Assembly (NCBI GenBank): GCA_964575605.1
Contig: CAZNRN010000012.1
Coordinates: 2,933 to 66,932 of the forward strand
Length of the DNA: 64,000 bases
Direction: 5' to 3'
Origin: an uncultured Micavibrio sp.
GTDB taxonomy: Bacteria > Pseudomonadota > Alphaproteobacteria > Micavibrionales > UBA2020
The notes below the pieces were generated by a model. The model worked only from the letters and a program-made list of their open reading frames with translations, was not told the origin of the DNA and ran no database searches. The translations under genes were made by a program, and so were the position numbers. Shown here piece by piece: positions 1 through 9,189 of the stretch (positions are counted from its first letter, which is position 1; each line of letters begins with the position of its first letter).

Positions 1-1319
1 ATGCCGACCATCATGGCTTGCTAACGACGTTGTGGTGTGGCGTCTTGCTCTGCCTTGTGCAGCCTTTGACCAGAATTACGGGCACTGTGGCAGGGGTTAT
101 CCTTGGAACCATGATCTGGGTGAGCCCCGAAGGCCTGATGCTTCTTGCACTGGTCTATGGCATCTTTGGTTTCGAAGCCTTGATGAAGCCCGAACGCATC
201 TGGCCGCTGGTATGCGTTGCCTTCGCTGCAGCATTGACCGTCACGGGCGCGCTTTTCGTGGAAATGCCCGCTGCCCAAATCTTGTCGTCAATCACTTATG
301 ATAGCGTTTCTATCGTCCATGCCGCGCTGCTCTGGCTGGCGGCAGGCGCGGCGCTGGCACTGGGGCTCCTGTTTTCGAAAGGCACCGGCTTGCGCGCACG
401 CATTGTGTCAGCCGCCCTGGCTGCGGTTACAGCGCTTTTGGGCATGGCCGCGTTATACCCGAAATTTTTCAAGGGCCCTCTGGTCGACGCCGATCCGTAT
501 ATTTTCTATTCCTTCCTGCCCCGCATCACCGAGGCCATGCCGTTATTCAGCGGCGAGTGGACTGACCTTGTAAATGAATTAACGCCGGTTGCCCTGGCGG
601 TAGCCCTCCTTGCCGTCTTTTGGAACAGGGGGGAGCGTCCGGCCAGACAGCGCCTGACAGTAATCCTGACGGCATTGCTTGCTGCAACCTTTACGATGAC
701 CTGCTGGCAAATCAGGTGGGGATATTACATGCAGCCAGTTGCGATACTGGCGTCTGCGATAGGGCTGCCCGCAGTTATGGGGGCAGCACGGCCAGCTTAC
801 TTGCGCTGGACACGTGCGATGCCCCGCAACTGGCGGCCCTATCTTGCCCTTTGGGTGGTTTTCATGGTGTCGATCGGCGTTGTGAAGTTCAAACCCTACG
901 TGCCGCATGAAAACGCTTACTGCATGACGCAGATCCGCTACACAATCCACACGGGCCAGGTGGAAAGGCTAATCGGCAAAAAACCGACCACCATGTTCAT
1001 TCACGAAGATTCGGGGGGCGACATCATTTTCTTCACGCCTTACAGCGTTATTGCCGGTAACTACCACCGCGAAGGGCGTGGCATGCGCGCCGTACATGAC
1101 ATCACCTATGCAGATACCAGCACAGAGGCGCGCGAAATGCTGAAGGAGCGCGACGTCGGCGCAATGATGTTCTGTCCCAAGCGCTACCGCGAAAACAGCT
1201 GGATACGGCAGGCGCATGATGCGGGCGACAAATATCCTCGCTGGATGACGCCCGTCAAAGGCCTGCGCTTTATAGACTTGCCGGGGCCGAAGCCTCTGCT
1301 GTTCAAGGTAAAGCCTTAA
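1..1319 (+). CDS. polytopic membrane protein, 5' end cut by window edge; putative GT-C-like glycosyltransferase, paralog of the next gene
   Basis: The frame is open from nt 3 (ADHHGLLTTLWCG...), matching ADHHGVLCVLWCG inside the 1320..3449 protein, so the listed start at 18 (TTG) is not the true start. Many hydrophobic segments. Shares the blocks YPKFFKGP.VD.D.Y, W.(I/L)RW.YYMQPVAI and FFTPY..IAGNYHRE with the downstream paralog. Confidence 0.75.
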   Translation, partial: ADHHGLLTTLWCGVLLCLVQPLTRITGTVAGVILGTMIWVSPEGLMLLALVYGIFGFEALMKPERIWPLVCVAFAAALTVTGALFVEMPAAQILSSITYDSVSIVHAALLWLAAGAALALGLLFSKGTGLRARIVSAALAAVTALLGMAALYPKFFKGPLVDADPYIFYSFLPRITEAMPLFSGEWTDLVNELTPVALAVALLAVFWNRGERPARQRLTVILTALLAATFTMTCWQIRWGYYMQPVAILASAIGLPAVMGAARPAYLRWTRAMPRNWRPYLALWVVFMVSIGVVKFKPYVPHENAYCMTQIRYTIHTGQVERLIGKKPTTMFIHEDSGGDIIFFTPYSVIAGNYHREGRGMRAVHDITYADTSTEAREMLKERDVGAMMFCPKRYRENSWIRQAHDAGDKYPRWMTPVKGLRFIDLPGPKPLLFKVKP

Positions 1320-3449
1320 ATGGATCAAAAGGCCTTCAACATCCGATTCACCTGCGTCGCCTTGGCTTCGGCGGCGGCGGATGCGGCACTGACCTTCTGG
1401 CTTCTGCAATCGGGCAAAGACGCGAATATCGCGCGCGGTATTGCATTGCTGCTTATATCCTTTGTCTCCGCGCCTCTGTTCCGGCGGGTGGTTTTTGGAG
1501 GCAGGGAGCTGAAAGAATCGGGGGTCCTGTTTTCAGCCGCTGCATTCCTTGATTTTGTCGTGTACTGGAAGCTATTGCGCATCTTGGGCCCTGCTGCCCC
1601 TGAAATGCAGGTATTCACAGCACTGACAGGCGGCGCGGTAGCGGGCGCCTTGCTGAAGTACATGATGTTTAAACCCGCCATCGCAAGGCAGGAAGAGGCC
1701 GCTATCCCTGCTACGGCAGGGCAGCATAAGAAAAACCTGCGCCTTGCGGTGTGGCTGGTGATCGCCTGCGGTATTGGCTGGCGGTCTTTTGCGCGGCAAC
1801 TGGATTTGCTGGCGGGCAGGCCCGTTGGGCCCTCCGATCCAGACACCTGGCTCAGGCTTACCCAAGTCCGGCACTGGTTAACAGGCGGCGGGTTTTACAA
1901 CCATGCGGTTGTGAACACCAACGCACCCTTCGGCGGCATAGAAACGCACTGGACAAGGCCTGTCGATGCGCTTTTGTCGATTTTCTACGCGATCGCACCG
2001 CATAACCTCGATATCAATAGCAAGCTGATGTTTGCCGCGAACTGGCTGCCGGGATTTTTATGCCTGGGGGCTATTTTTTGCATTTCGCGGTCAGCGCGGT
2101 TCCAGTCGGGTAGTTTCCATGCGCTGGCGGTCAGCGCACTCCTGGTGTTTTTCGGCACATTGTCGGCAACCCAATTTGCGCCCGGAATCGCGGACCATCA
2201 TGGCGTGTTATGCGTTCTATGGTGTGGAATGCTTGCGCTGCTGTTTTCAGCAACGACGCCAACAACGTCGTTTTTACTGGGGGCAGTGATGGGTGCCGCA
2301 GTTTGGGTCAGCCCTGAAGCGCTGTTACCCGCCGCATGCTTGCTGATGCTTTCGGGCGCTCTTGCACTCTATGCGCCATCTCGCATAAATGGACTGGCGC
2401 TTTCAACGGCTGCTGCAACCATTGTCGTCGTCGCCGGCGTTCTGGTGGAACGTCCGGTCGCACAGCTTATGCTGCCAGTTTACGACCAGGTTTCCGTCGT
2501 GCATGTGATGCTTTTCGGCCTCAGCACTGCGGCGGCTGCCGTGCTCTGTGTCATTTTCAGAAGCCCGCGGATTCAAACGCGCGCCTTCGCAAGCGTTGCG
2601 GCACTGGCGGCAATCGCAGGCGGCATGGCCGTATTTTACCCGAAGTTCTTCAAGGGGCCATTCGTCGACTCGGATGCCTACGTGACCGAAAACCTCTTGC
2701 CTGCTATAACTCAGGCCCAGCCTTTATTTGACGCGAGTTTTCCTGACATCTGCCGCGCGCTTTTACTGCCGTTAGCGGCTGTTATTCTGATGGGAAGTTG
2801 CTGGCATAAGGACATGGTTCCGGCAAAACGGCGCCAGATGACGGCGCTGGCCTCGCTGTTATCCCTTTCACTTGGCATGACGCTGTGGCAGTTGCGCTGG
2901 CAATATTACATGCAACCTGTGGCGATCATCATTATTGCCAGCTTACTGCCCGCGGCTGCCCGCGCGGCGCGGCCGGGAGTAATTCAACGCCTAAAGGAAT
3001 TTCCTGCGCTCTGGCGGCCCTACATGGTGCTATGGGTTATCATCCTTTTGACCATGGGTATCGGTACACTAGACGATAAACCGGAGAGCGCCGCCTGTAG
3101 CGCCGCGATGCGCGCGCAAATCCAGCAGGGCTGGCTGGAAGAGAAACTTGGTGACAAGGCGCTCATACTTGCTGCGCCGTCTGATGTCTCGGGGCAGCTG
3201 CTATTTTTCACGCCTTACAAAATCATCGCCGGTAACTACCATCGCGAGGCGAAGGGGCTGCAGGACCTTGACGTCATCTTCAAGTCGGCAAAAGCAGATG
3301 AGGCACACAAAAAACTGAAAGAGCGTAAGACGGCCGCGCTGTTTTATTGTCCTTCTGCCACACAAGGCGGCAGCTGGCTGGCGGGCAAGAAGCCTGCATG
3401 GCTTCAGCCCGTCGCTGACGATACGACCATTGTTTACAAGGTCAGGTGA
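1320..3449 (+). CDS. 709-aa polytopic membrane protein: GtrA-like N-terminal module fused to a GT-C-like body (putative glycan-modifying enzyme)
   Basis: The ATG directly abuts the upstream TAA (1317..1319). The N-terminal ~130 aa form four hydrophobic helices in a GtrA-like pattern (IRF...A.GIALLLISFVSAPLFRRVVF). DPDTWLRLTQVRHW lies in the first large loop. The C-terminal half is colinear with the 1..1319 product. Function is inferred only. Confidence 0.8.
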   Translation: MDQKAFNIRFTCVALASAAADAALTFWLLQSGKDANIARGIALLLISFVSAPLFRRVVFGGRELKESGVLFSAAAFLDFVVYWKLLRILGPAAPEMQVFTALTGGAVAGALLKYMMFKPAIARQEEAAIPATAGQHKKNLRLAVWLVIACGIGWRSFARQLDLLAGRPVGPSDPDTWLRLTQVRHWLTGGGFYNHAVVNTNAPFGGIETHWTRPVDALLSIFYAIAPHNLDINSKLMFAANWLPGFLCLGAIFCISRSARFQSGSFHALAVSALLVFFGTLSATQFAPGIADHHGVLCVLWCGMLALLFSATTPTTSFLLGAVMGAAVWVSPEALLPAACLLMLSGALALYAPSRINGLALSTAAATIVVVAGVLVERPVAQLMLPVYDQVSVVHVMLFGLSTAAAAVLCVIFRSPRIQTRAFASVAALAAIAGGMAVFYPKFFKGPFVDSDAYVTENLLPAITQAQPLFDASFPDICRALLLPLAAVILMGSCWHKDMVPAKRRQMTALASLLSLSLGMTLWQLRWQYYMQPVAIIIIASLLPAAARAARPGVIQRLKEFPALWRPYMVLWVIILLTMGIGTLDDKPESAACSAAMRAQIQQGWLEEKLGDKALILAAPSDVSGQLLFFTPYKIIAGNYHREAKGLQDLDVIFKSAKADEAHKKLKERKTAALFYCPSATQGGSWLAGKKPAWLQPVADDTTIVYKVR

Positions 3450-4466
3450 TCAGGCCGCGTTCTTGATTACGAAGGTGGCGCGCTTCGAAAACTCTTTCAG
3501 CTTCGATGCGCCGACATAGGTGCAGGCGGAGCGGAGGCCGCCCAGGATGTCCTGGATCGTGCCTTTCACATCGCCTTTGTACTCTACCTTGACGACGCGG
3601 CCCTCGGACGCACGGTGCGGTGCGACGCCGCCGGAATAGCGGTCCATCGCGACCTTTGACGACATGCCGTAGTATTCGACCATGTTGCCGTTGGAGGCTT
3701 TCAGGGTTTTCAGCTGTTCTTCGTTCATGCATTCAGTATGGCCGGCGAACATGCCACCCAGCATCACGAAATCGGCACCGGCGGCAAAAGCCTTCGCCAC
3801 GTCACCCGGCATCTTGCAGCCACCGTCGGCACAGATAAGGCCGGAGAGGCCGTGGGCCGCATCCGCGCATTCGATGATGGCGGATAGTTGCGGATAGCCG
3901 ATGCCCGTCATCGCACGCGTCATGCAGGCGGAACCGGGACCGATGCCTACCTTAACGATATCCGCGCCCGCGAGGATCAGCGCCTCGGTCATGTCGGGCG
4001 TTGCAACGTTGCCCGCCATAATGACTTTTTCAGGGTGATGTTCGCGCACGGTCTGCACGAATTCCACGAAGGCTTCGGTATAACCGTTGGCGACGTCGAG
4101 GCAGACTTTGTTGATGGAGTTGCTTTTCAGGCTGTTCAGCACGTTGTCGACTTTTTTGATATCGTCGATGCCGAAGGTGACGAAAGAGAAAGCACCCGAG
4201 ATATTAGCCTGCTGCAATTCATCAAGGGGGTAATGTTTGTGCAGCGAGGTGAATATATCGTATTCGGCCAGCGCCGCCGCCATCTTGATGGTACCGACAG
4301 TATCCATGTTCGCAGCGATGATCGGCACGCCCGTGATTTCGGTCTTCGCATGGGGAAGCTTGAAAGTGCGCTTCACATCGACGTCGCCACGCGATTTGAG
4401 GCGCGAGCGTTTCGGACGGATCAGCACATCATCGAAATCAAGTTTGCGTTCGGTTTCAATCCTCAT
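3450..4466 (-). CDS. guaC: GMP reductase
   Basis: [31 protein letters not shown]...[14 protein letters not shown] is near-colinear with E. coli GuaC. Start placed at the MRIE Met (4466), not the ORF-track start at 4535. Confidence 0.9.
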   Translation of the reverse strand: MRIETERKLDFDDVLIRPKRSRLKSRGDVDVKRTFKLPHAKTEITGVPIIAANMDTVGTIKMAAALAEYDIFTSLHKHYPLDELQQANISGAFSFVTFGIDDIKKVDNVLNSLKSNSINKVCLDVANGYTEAFVEFVQTVREHHPEKVIMAGNVATPDMTEALILAGADIVKVGIGPGSACMTRAMTGIGYPQLSAIIECADAAHGLSGLICADGGCKMPGDVAKAFAAGADFVMLGGMFAGHTECMNEEQLKTLKASNGNMVEYYGMSSKVAMDRYSGGVAPHRASEGRVVKVEYKGDVKGTIQDILGGLRSACTYVGASKLKEFSKRATFVIKNAA

Positions 4467-4674
4467 GGCGTCGGCTCCGGAATAATTCAAACATGCGTTT
4501 AGCCCGGGCTTTTTGGCTCGGGCGGGTGAAACCACAGTTTTGTTGGGGGTTTCGCCTATTCATAAGGCGATTCCGCTCAAACAGCAAGCAAGAAATGAAA
4601 AACGATTTATATCAGCGTTTTAATTGGCGGGTTCCGTCGCTTCACGCCTTTCTGCGGCGCGAATCTGCATGGCG

Positions 4675-5898
4675 TCAGGCGCCGCTCGGGAATTCGCGGA
4701 AGATCAGGTCAACGGCTTCATCATCGTGTAATGCGCCCGTAATGCGGCCGATAGAGGCCTGGGCTGTCTCAAGCTCTAGTGAAGCGTTGACACCCTCGCC
4801 ACCCGCAAGTGCTTTATCCAGCGCAGCCACGGCGATTTCGAGTGCATCGCGATGGCGACGTCGCGTAATGACCGAGCCGGGGCGCGAGCGGAAAAGCGTC
4901 GCGACACGTTCTGTGAGCTTTTCGATGAAGGCGTCCATACCTTCGCCCGTCATGACCGAGATCGATTTCACTGAACCGCCGGGTTTACCGAGGTCTGACT
5001 TGGTAAAGACGCTGAGTGTCTTGTTATCGATCATTTTAAGCGTATCCGGGTCTTGCGCGGGTTTGGTGCCATCGAATAGCGCAAGCTTCAGGTCCGCCCT
5101 GTCAACTGGTGCGTCCGTCATGATGACGGGATAGCCGTCAAGATCCATGCGCACCTCGGTAATCTCGCCCAGGTGACCCACACGGCCAGTAACAGTTGCA
5201 ACGTCGCGCCTGACCAGCGCATGCATCAGGCTGGTCTTGCCAGCGCCAGCGCCCCCGATGAGCGAAATTATAATTCCCTTGTGCATTCGCTCGCCGCGGT
5301 GACCGTCGTTCATATGGTCGCGCAAGTCTTTTACCAGCAGCCGCAGGTCGTCTTGCAGCCCCGGCAAAAGGCCTTCCGAACCTGAGCTTTCCTGCCTTGC
5401 GTGCAACGACAAGACACTTTCGCGCCAGCTGTTATAAAGGCGGGACGCGTTACCCATCGCGACATCCAGCGCCTGCAGCCGCTGCAATTCTGTTTCCGCC
5501 ATCAAGAGGTCGAGTACGCCCTCGGCTTCGATAAGGTCAAATTTTCCGTTTTCAAACCCGCGGCGCGTGAATTCGCCGGGCAATGCGTGGCGGCAGCCGG
5601 GAACTTTCGAAATGGCCTGCAATACGCTTTCAACAGCCGCGCGGCCGCCATGCAACTGGAATTCGATGACATCATCACCGTTGTAACTGAATTCCTGCGG
5701 ATAATGGATGCAGATGATGGTATCCAGCATTTTGCCGCTTGAGGGGTCTGAGAGCATATGCACTTCCACATGCCGCGGCTCGATATGGTTTTTCCACGAC
5801 AGCGCCTTGAAAACCCCGACCGCGCCCGGGCCGGAAACGCGGATGACGGCGATGCCGCACCCGAATCCTCCCGAGGCAAGGCCGAAGATTGTATCCAT
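4675..5898 (-). CDS. mnmE: tRNA modification GTPase MnmE homolog with degenerate G-domain and C-terminal motifs
   Basis: N-terminal domain conserved (EFQLHGG, LPGEFTRRGFENGKFDLIEAEG) and RRRH present. G1 is GGAGAGKT, but G3 DTAG is replaced by TDAP, G2 GTTRD is absent, and the C-terminus is FPSGA instead of FCIGK. Start at MDTIFGLAS (5898), sharing one nt with the ferredoxin stop (TAATG). Confidence 0.8.
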   Translation of the reverse strand: MDTIFGLASGGFGCGIAVIRVSGPGAVGVFKALSWKNHIEPRHVEVHMLSDPSSGKMLDTIICIHYPQEFSYNGDDVIEFQLHGGRAAVESVLQAISKVPGCRHALPGEFTRRGFENGKFDLIEAEGVLDLLMAETELQRLQALDVAMGNASRLYNSWRESVLSLHARQESSGSEGLLPGLQDDLRLLVKDLRDHMNDGHRGERMHKGIIISLIGGAGAGKTSLMHALVRRDVATVTGRVGHLGEITEVRMDLDGYPVIMTDAPVDRADLKLALFDGTKPAQDPDTLKMIDNKTLSVFTKSDLGKPGGSVKSISVMTGEGMDAFIEKLTERVATLFRSRPGSVITRRRHRDALEIAVAALDKALAGGEGVNASLELETAQASIGRITGALHDDEAVDLIFREFPSGA

Positions 5899-6266
5899 TA
5901 GCTGCAAGCCGCTGGTTTTTGAGCTGGAGAAAGCTCGGTCTGTTCCTTTTTCAGCAGCAGGCGTTCGACACGCTCGCCCTTTTGCAGGTGCGTGGCGATA
6001 ATTTCCTCGATGTCTTCCTTGCTGGAATAGGTGTACCAGGTGCCTTCCGGGTAAATCACGAGCACTGGGCCAAGTGCGCAACGGTCAAGGCAACCCGCCG
6101 AGTTGACACGGGTGGAAGCAATGCCGAGTTCCTTGACACGCGCATTCATGTAGTTGCGCAATTCCAGCGCGCCTTCCGCCTTGCAGCTGCCCTTCGGGTT
6201 GTCGGGCGGACGCTCGTTTGTGCAGCAAAAGACATGGCGCTGAAAATATAAGTTTTCTTCTGTCAT
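5898..6266 (-). CDS. thioredoxin-like [2Fe-2S] ferredoxin
   Basis: 122 aa. Cys pattern FCC...C(x)nAGCLDRCALGPV with the PEGTWY motif, typical of (2Fe-2S) ferredoxin-domain proteins. Confidence 0.8.
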   Translation of the reverse strand: MTEENLYFQRHVFCCTNERPPDNPKGSCKAEGALELRNYMNARVKELGIASTRVNSAGCLDRCALGPVLVIYPEGTWYTYSSKEDIEEIIATHLQKGERVERLLLKKEQTELSPAQKPAACS

Positions 6267-6308
6267 GGTTTTTCTTCCCCTCTTTGGTTAGGGTAGACAA
6301 AAGGAAAA

Positions 6309-8384
6309 ATGGCGGCAAGCGATATGAATCTTCTGGCAAACGAAACCAGTCCCTACCTGCGCCAGCACAAGGATAACCCTGTGCACTGGCGCCCTTGGGG
6401 CAAGGAAACGCTCGAGGCTGCAAGGCGCGAGAATAAGCCTATCCTGCTGTCAATCGGTTACGCAGCCTGCCACTGGTGCCATGTGATGGCGCATGAAAGT
6501 TTCGAGGATGGCGAAACCGCGGACCTGATGAACCAGTATTTCGTGAACATCAAGGTCGACCGTGAGGAACGTCCTGATATCGACATGATCTTCCAGAACG
6601 CACTGGCGCTGATGGGCCAGCAAGGCGGCTGGCCGCTGACGATGTTCCTGACACCCGGGGGCGAACCCTTTTGGGGCGGCACCTATTTCCCGCCGCTTGC
6701 CCGCCATGGCCTGCCCGGGTTTCGCGAAGTGCTGCGCGGTGTCCATACCAGCTGGGAGCAAGAGCAGGACAAGATCAGCCACAACGTGAAAAGCCTTACC
6801 GCGGCTTTGCACAAAATGCAGGAGAAGCAAGGCGGCGAGATAGTCACACGCGATCAGCTGGACAAAATCGCGGCTTATTACTTGAGCATCACGGACCATG
6901 TCAACGGCGGTATTGGCGAAGCGCCGAAGTTTCCCTCGCTCACGATAACATCATTCCTTTGGGACAGTTACTTGCGCACGGGTGGCGCGCCGTTCAAGGC
7001 AGCTGTTATTCATGCGTTATCATCGATGGCGCAGGGGGGGATTTACGACCACATCGGCGGTGGGTTCTGCCGTTATTCCGTCGATGCCGAATGGCTGGTA
7101 CCGCATTTCGAAAAGATGCTCTACGATAACGCGCTTTTTGTGTCGCTGATGACAGAAGTCATCCGGGAAACGAAAAACCCTCTTTTTTCGGCACGGATAT
7201 ACGAAACAGTTGATTGGCTAAAACGCGACATGGCTGTCATGCATGCCGGGGAGACAGCTTTTGCCTCCAGCCTGGATGCCGACAGCCGGGGCTGTAACGG
7301 TCATCTTGAAGAGGGCGCTTACTACGTCTGGAGCCTGTCGGAAATCGAGCTGTTGCTGGGGAAAGATACCAAGCATTTCGCCGAAGCTTACGACATTACT
7401 GCGTCCGGGAACTGGGAGGGCAGGAATATCCCGAACCGCCTGCGCCGCCCGGGCCTGATGAAGCAAGACGAAGAAAAACAGCACGAAATGATGCGCCTTA
7501 AGTTGCGTGAACACCGCAACACACGCATCCCCCCCGCGCGTGACGATAAAGTGCTGGCGGACTGGAACGGGCTGATGATAGCGGCACTGGCAAAATCTTC
7601 TTTCGCCCTCGATGCGCCCGAACACCTGCACATGGCCAAAAGCGCCTTCGCGTTTATCACGAAAAACATGATGCAAGCCGACATGCGTCTCTGGCATGTT
7701 TTCTGCGATGGGAAGACAGCGCATGCCGCAACGTTGGACGACTACGCCAATATGTGCGAGGCGGCTTTGGCACTATTCGCAGTCACACGCGAACAGCAAT
7801 ACCTGGAGCAGGCGGAAGGCTGGGTCGAGATTGTCTTGAAGGACTACCGTGATGAAGCCAACGGTGGCTTTTATCTTTCGGCACCCGCACAAAAAGAGCT
7901 TCTGGTGCGTCCGAAAACTGCGGACGATACGGCAACCCCATCCGGAAATGGCACGATGGTATCCGTACTGGCACGCCTTTTCATGCTCACCGGGAAACAG
8001 ATATACTCCGCGCAGGCCTCGGAAGCAGCGCGTGCTTTTTCCGGTAACGTATTGCAACGTTTCTTCCCCCTTTCCACGCTCCTCTCGGCCAGTGATTTCC
8101 TCGAACATCCCGTCAGCCTGGTTCTGGCAGGCGACAGGGGCCGCGAGGAATTCGTCGAAGTGCTAAGAAATATCTCCTTCCCGCAACTAGTTGTCTTGGA
8201 AGCCTCCGCCAGCCTGCCGCCACATCATCCGGCCGCTGGCAAGGAAGCTCTGGGCGGACGTGCAACGGCCTACCTATGTCCCTACCGCGCCTGCCTGCCC
8301 CCGATTACGGAAGCTGCGGACCTGAAAAACACATTGTTAAATGAGCGCAGGCGCAACCTGCGTGGCGCTGCCAACGACAGCTAA
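6309..8384 (+). CDS. thioredoxin-domain protein, YyaL/DUF255 family
   Basis: N-terminus [25 protein letters not shown]...[17 protein letters not shown] is the family hallmark. 691 aa. AAGGA ribosome-binding site upstream. Confidence 0.9.
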   Translation: MAASDMNLLANETSPYLRQHKDNPVHWRPWGKETLEAARRENKPILLSIGYAACHWCHVMAHESFEDGETADLMNQYFVNIKVDREERPDIDMIFQNALALMGQQGGWPLTMFLTPGGEPFWGGTYFPPLARHGLPGFREVLRGVHTSWEQEQDKISHNVKSLTAALHKMQEKQGGEIVTRDQLDKIAAYYLSITDHVNGGIGEAPKFPSLTITSFLWDSYLRTGGAPFKAAVIHALSSMAQGGIYDHIGGGFCRYSVDAEWLVPHFEKMLYDNALFVSLMTEVIRETKNPLFSARIYETVDWLKRDMAVMHAGETAFASSLDADSRGCNGHLEEGAYYVWSLSEIELLLGKDTKHFAEAYDITASGNWEGRNIPNRLRRPGLMKQDEEKQHEMMRLKLREHRNTRIPPARDDKVLADWNGLMIAALAKSSFALDAPEHLHMAKSAFAFITKNMMQADMRLWHVFCDGKTAHAATLDDYANMCEAALALFAVTREQQYLEQAEGWVEIVLKDYRDEANGGFYLSAPAQKELLVRPKTADDTATPSGNGTMVSVLARLFMLTGKQIYSAQASEAARAFSGNVLQRFFPLSTLLSASDFLEHPVSLVLAGDRGREEFVEVLRNISFPQLVVLEASASLPPHHPAAGKEALGGRATAYLCPYRACLPPITEAADLKNTLLNERRRNLRGAANDS

Positions 8385-8457
8385 AAATTCCCGCTTTTCA
8401 TTTGACGGTTGAGCCTAAAAGGCTACTCTCTAGAGGATAAGAACGGGGGGATTCAAT

Positions 8458-9189
8458 ATGAAAAAAGATATCAAGGTCAAGGCGCATGACGGCGGAAGTT
8501 TCAGCGCCTATATCACCTATCCCCCTCACGAAAAACCGGCACCGGCCGTTGTCGTGATCCAGGAAATTTTTGGAGTCAATCCGGTTATGCGCGGCATCTG
8601 CGACAACCTGAGCCAGGCCGGTTACATCGCCATCTGCCCCGACCTTTTCTGGCGCCAGGAGCCGGGCGTACAGATCACGGATAAATCCGAAGTAGAATGG
8701 CAAAAAGCTTTCCAGCTTTTTCAGGGGTTTAATGTAGACCTTGGAATTTCGGATTTGAAGTCAACGCTTGCGCATGTGCGCGAAGACAAGCACTGCACCG
8801 GCAAGGCGGGAACCTTGGGCTATTGCCTGGGCGGCAAGCTGGCGTACCTGATGGCCACCCATTCGGATGCCGACTGCAACGTCAGCTATTACGGCGTCGG
8901 CATCGAGGCGCTGCTGGATGAGGCCAAAAGCATCAAGAAGCAACTGCTGATGCATATCGCCGAAAAAGACAAGTTCGTACCGATAGCCGCACAACAGAAA
9001 ATTCTGGGCGCACTGAACAAACACAAGAACGTCGAAATACACGTCTACCCGGGCGTCGACCACGCTTTCGCACGCGAAGGCGGCCAGCACTACGACAAAG
9101 AGGCTGCACACCAGGCGAATGCCCGTACGGCTGATTTCCTTGCCACCCATCTTGCCAGCGCAAGGAAGGCCAATGCCGGAACTCGTTAA
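8458..9189 (+). CDS. dienelactone hydrolase family protein
   Basis: 243 aa. VVVIQEIFGVN, GYCLGG nucleophile elbow and a C-terminal DHAF motif. G-rich ribosome-binding site. Confidence 0.85.
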   Translation: MKKDIKVKAHDGGSFSAYITYPPHEKPAPAVVVIQEIFGVNPVMRGICDNLSQAGYIAICPDLFWRQEPGVQITDKSEVEWQKAFQLFQGFNVDLGISDLKSTLAHVREDKHCTGKAGTLGYCLGGKLAYLMATHSDADCNVSYYGVGIEALLDEAKSIKKQLLMHIAEKDKFVPIAAQQKILGALNKHKNVEIHVYPGVDHAFAREGGQHYDKEAAHQANARTADFLATHLASARKANAGTR

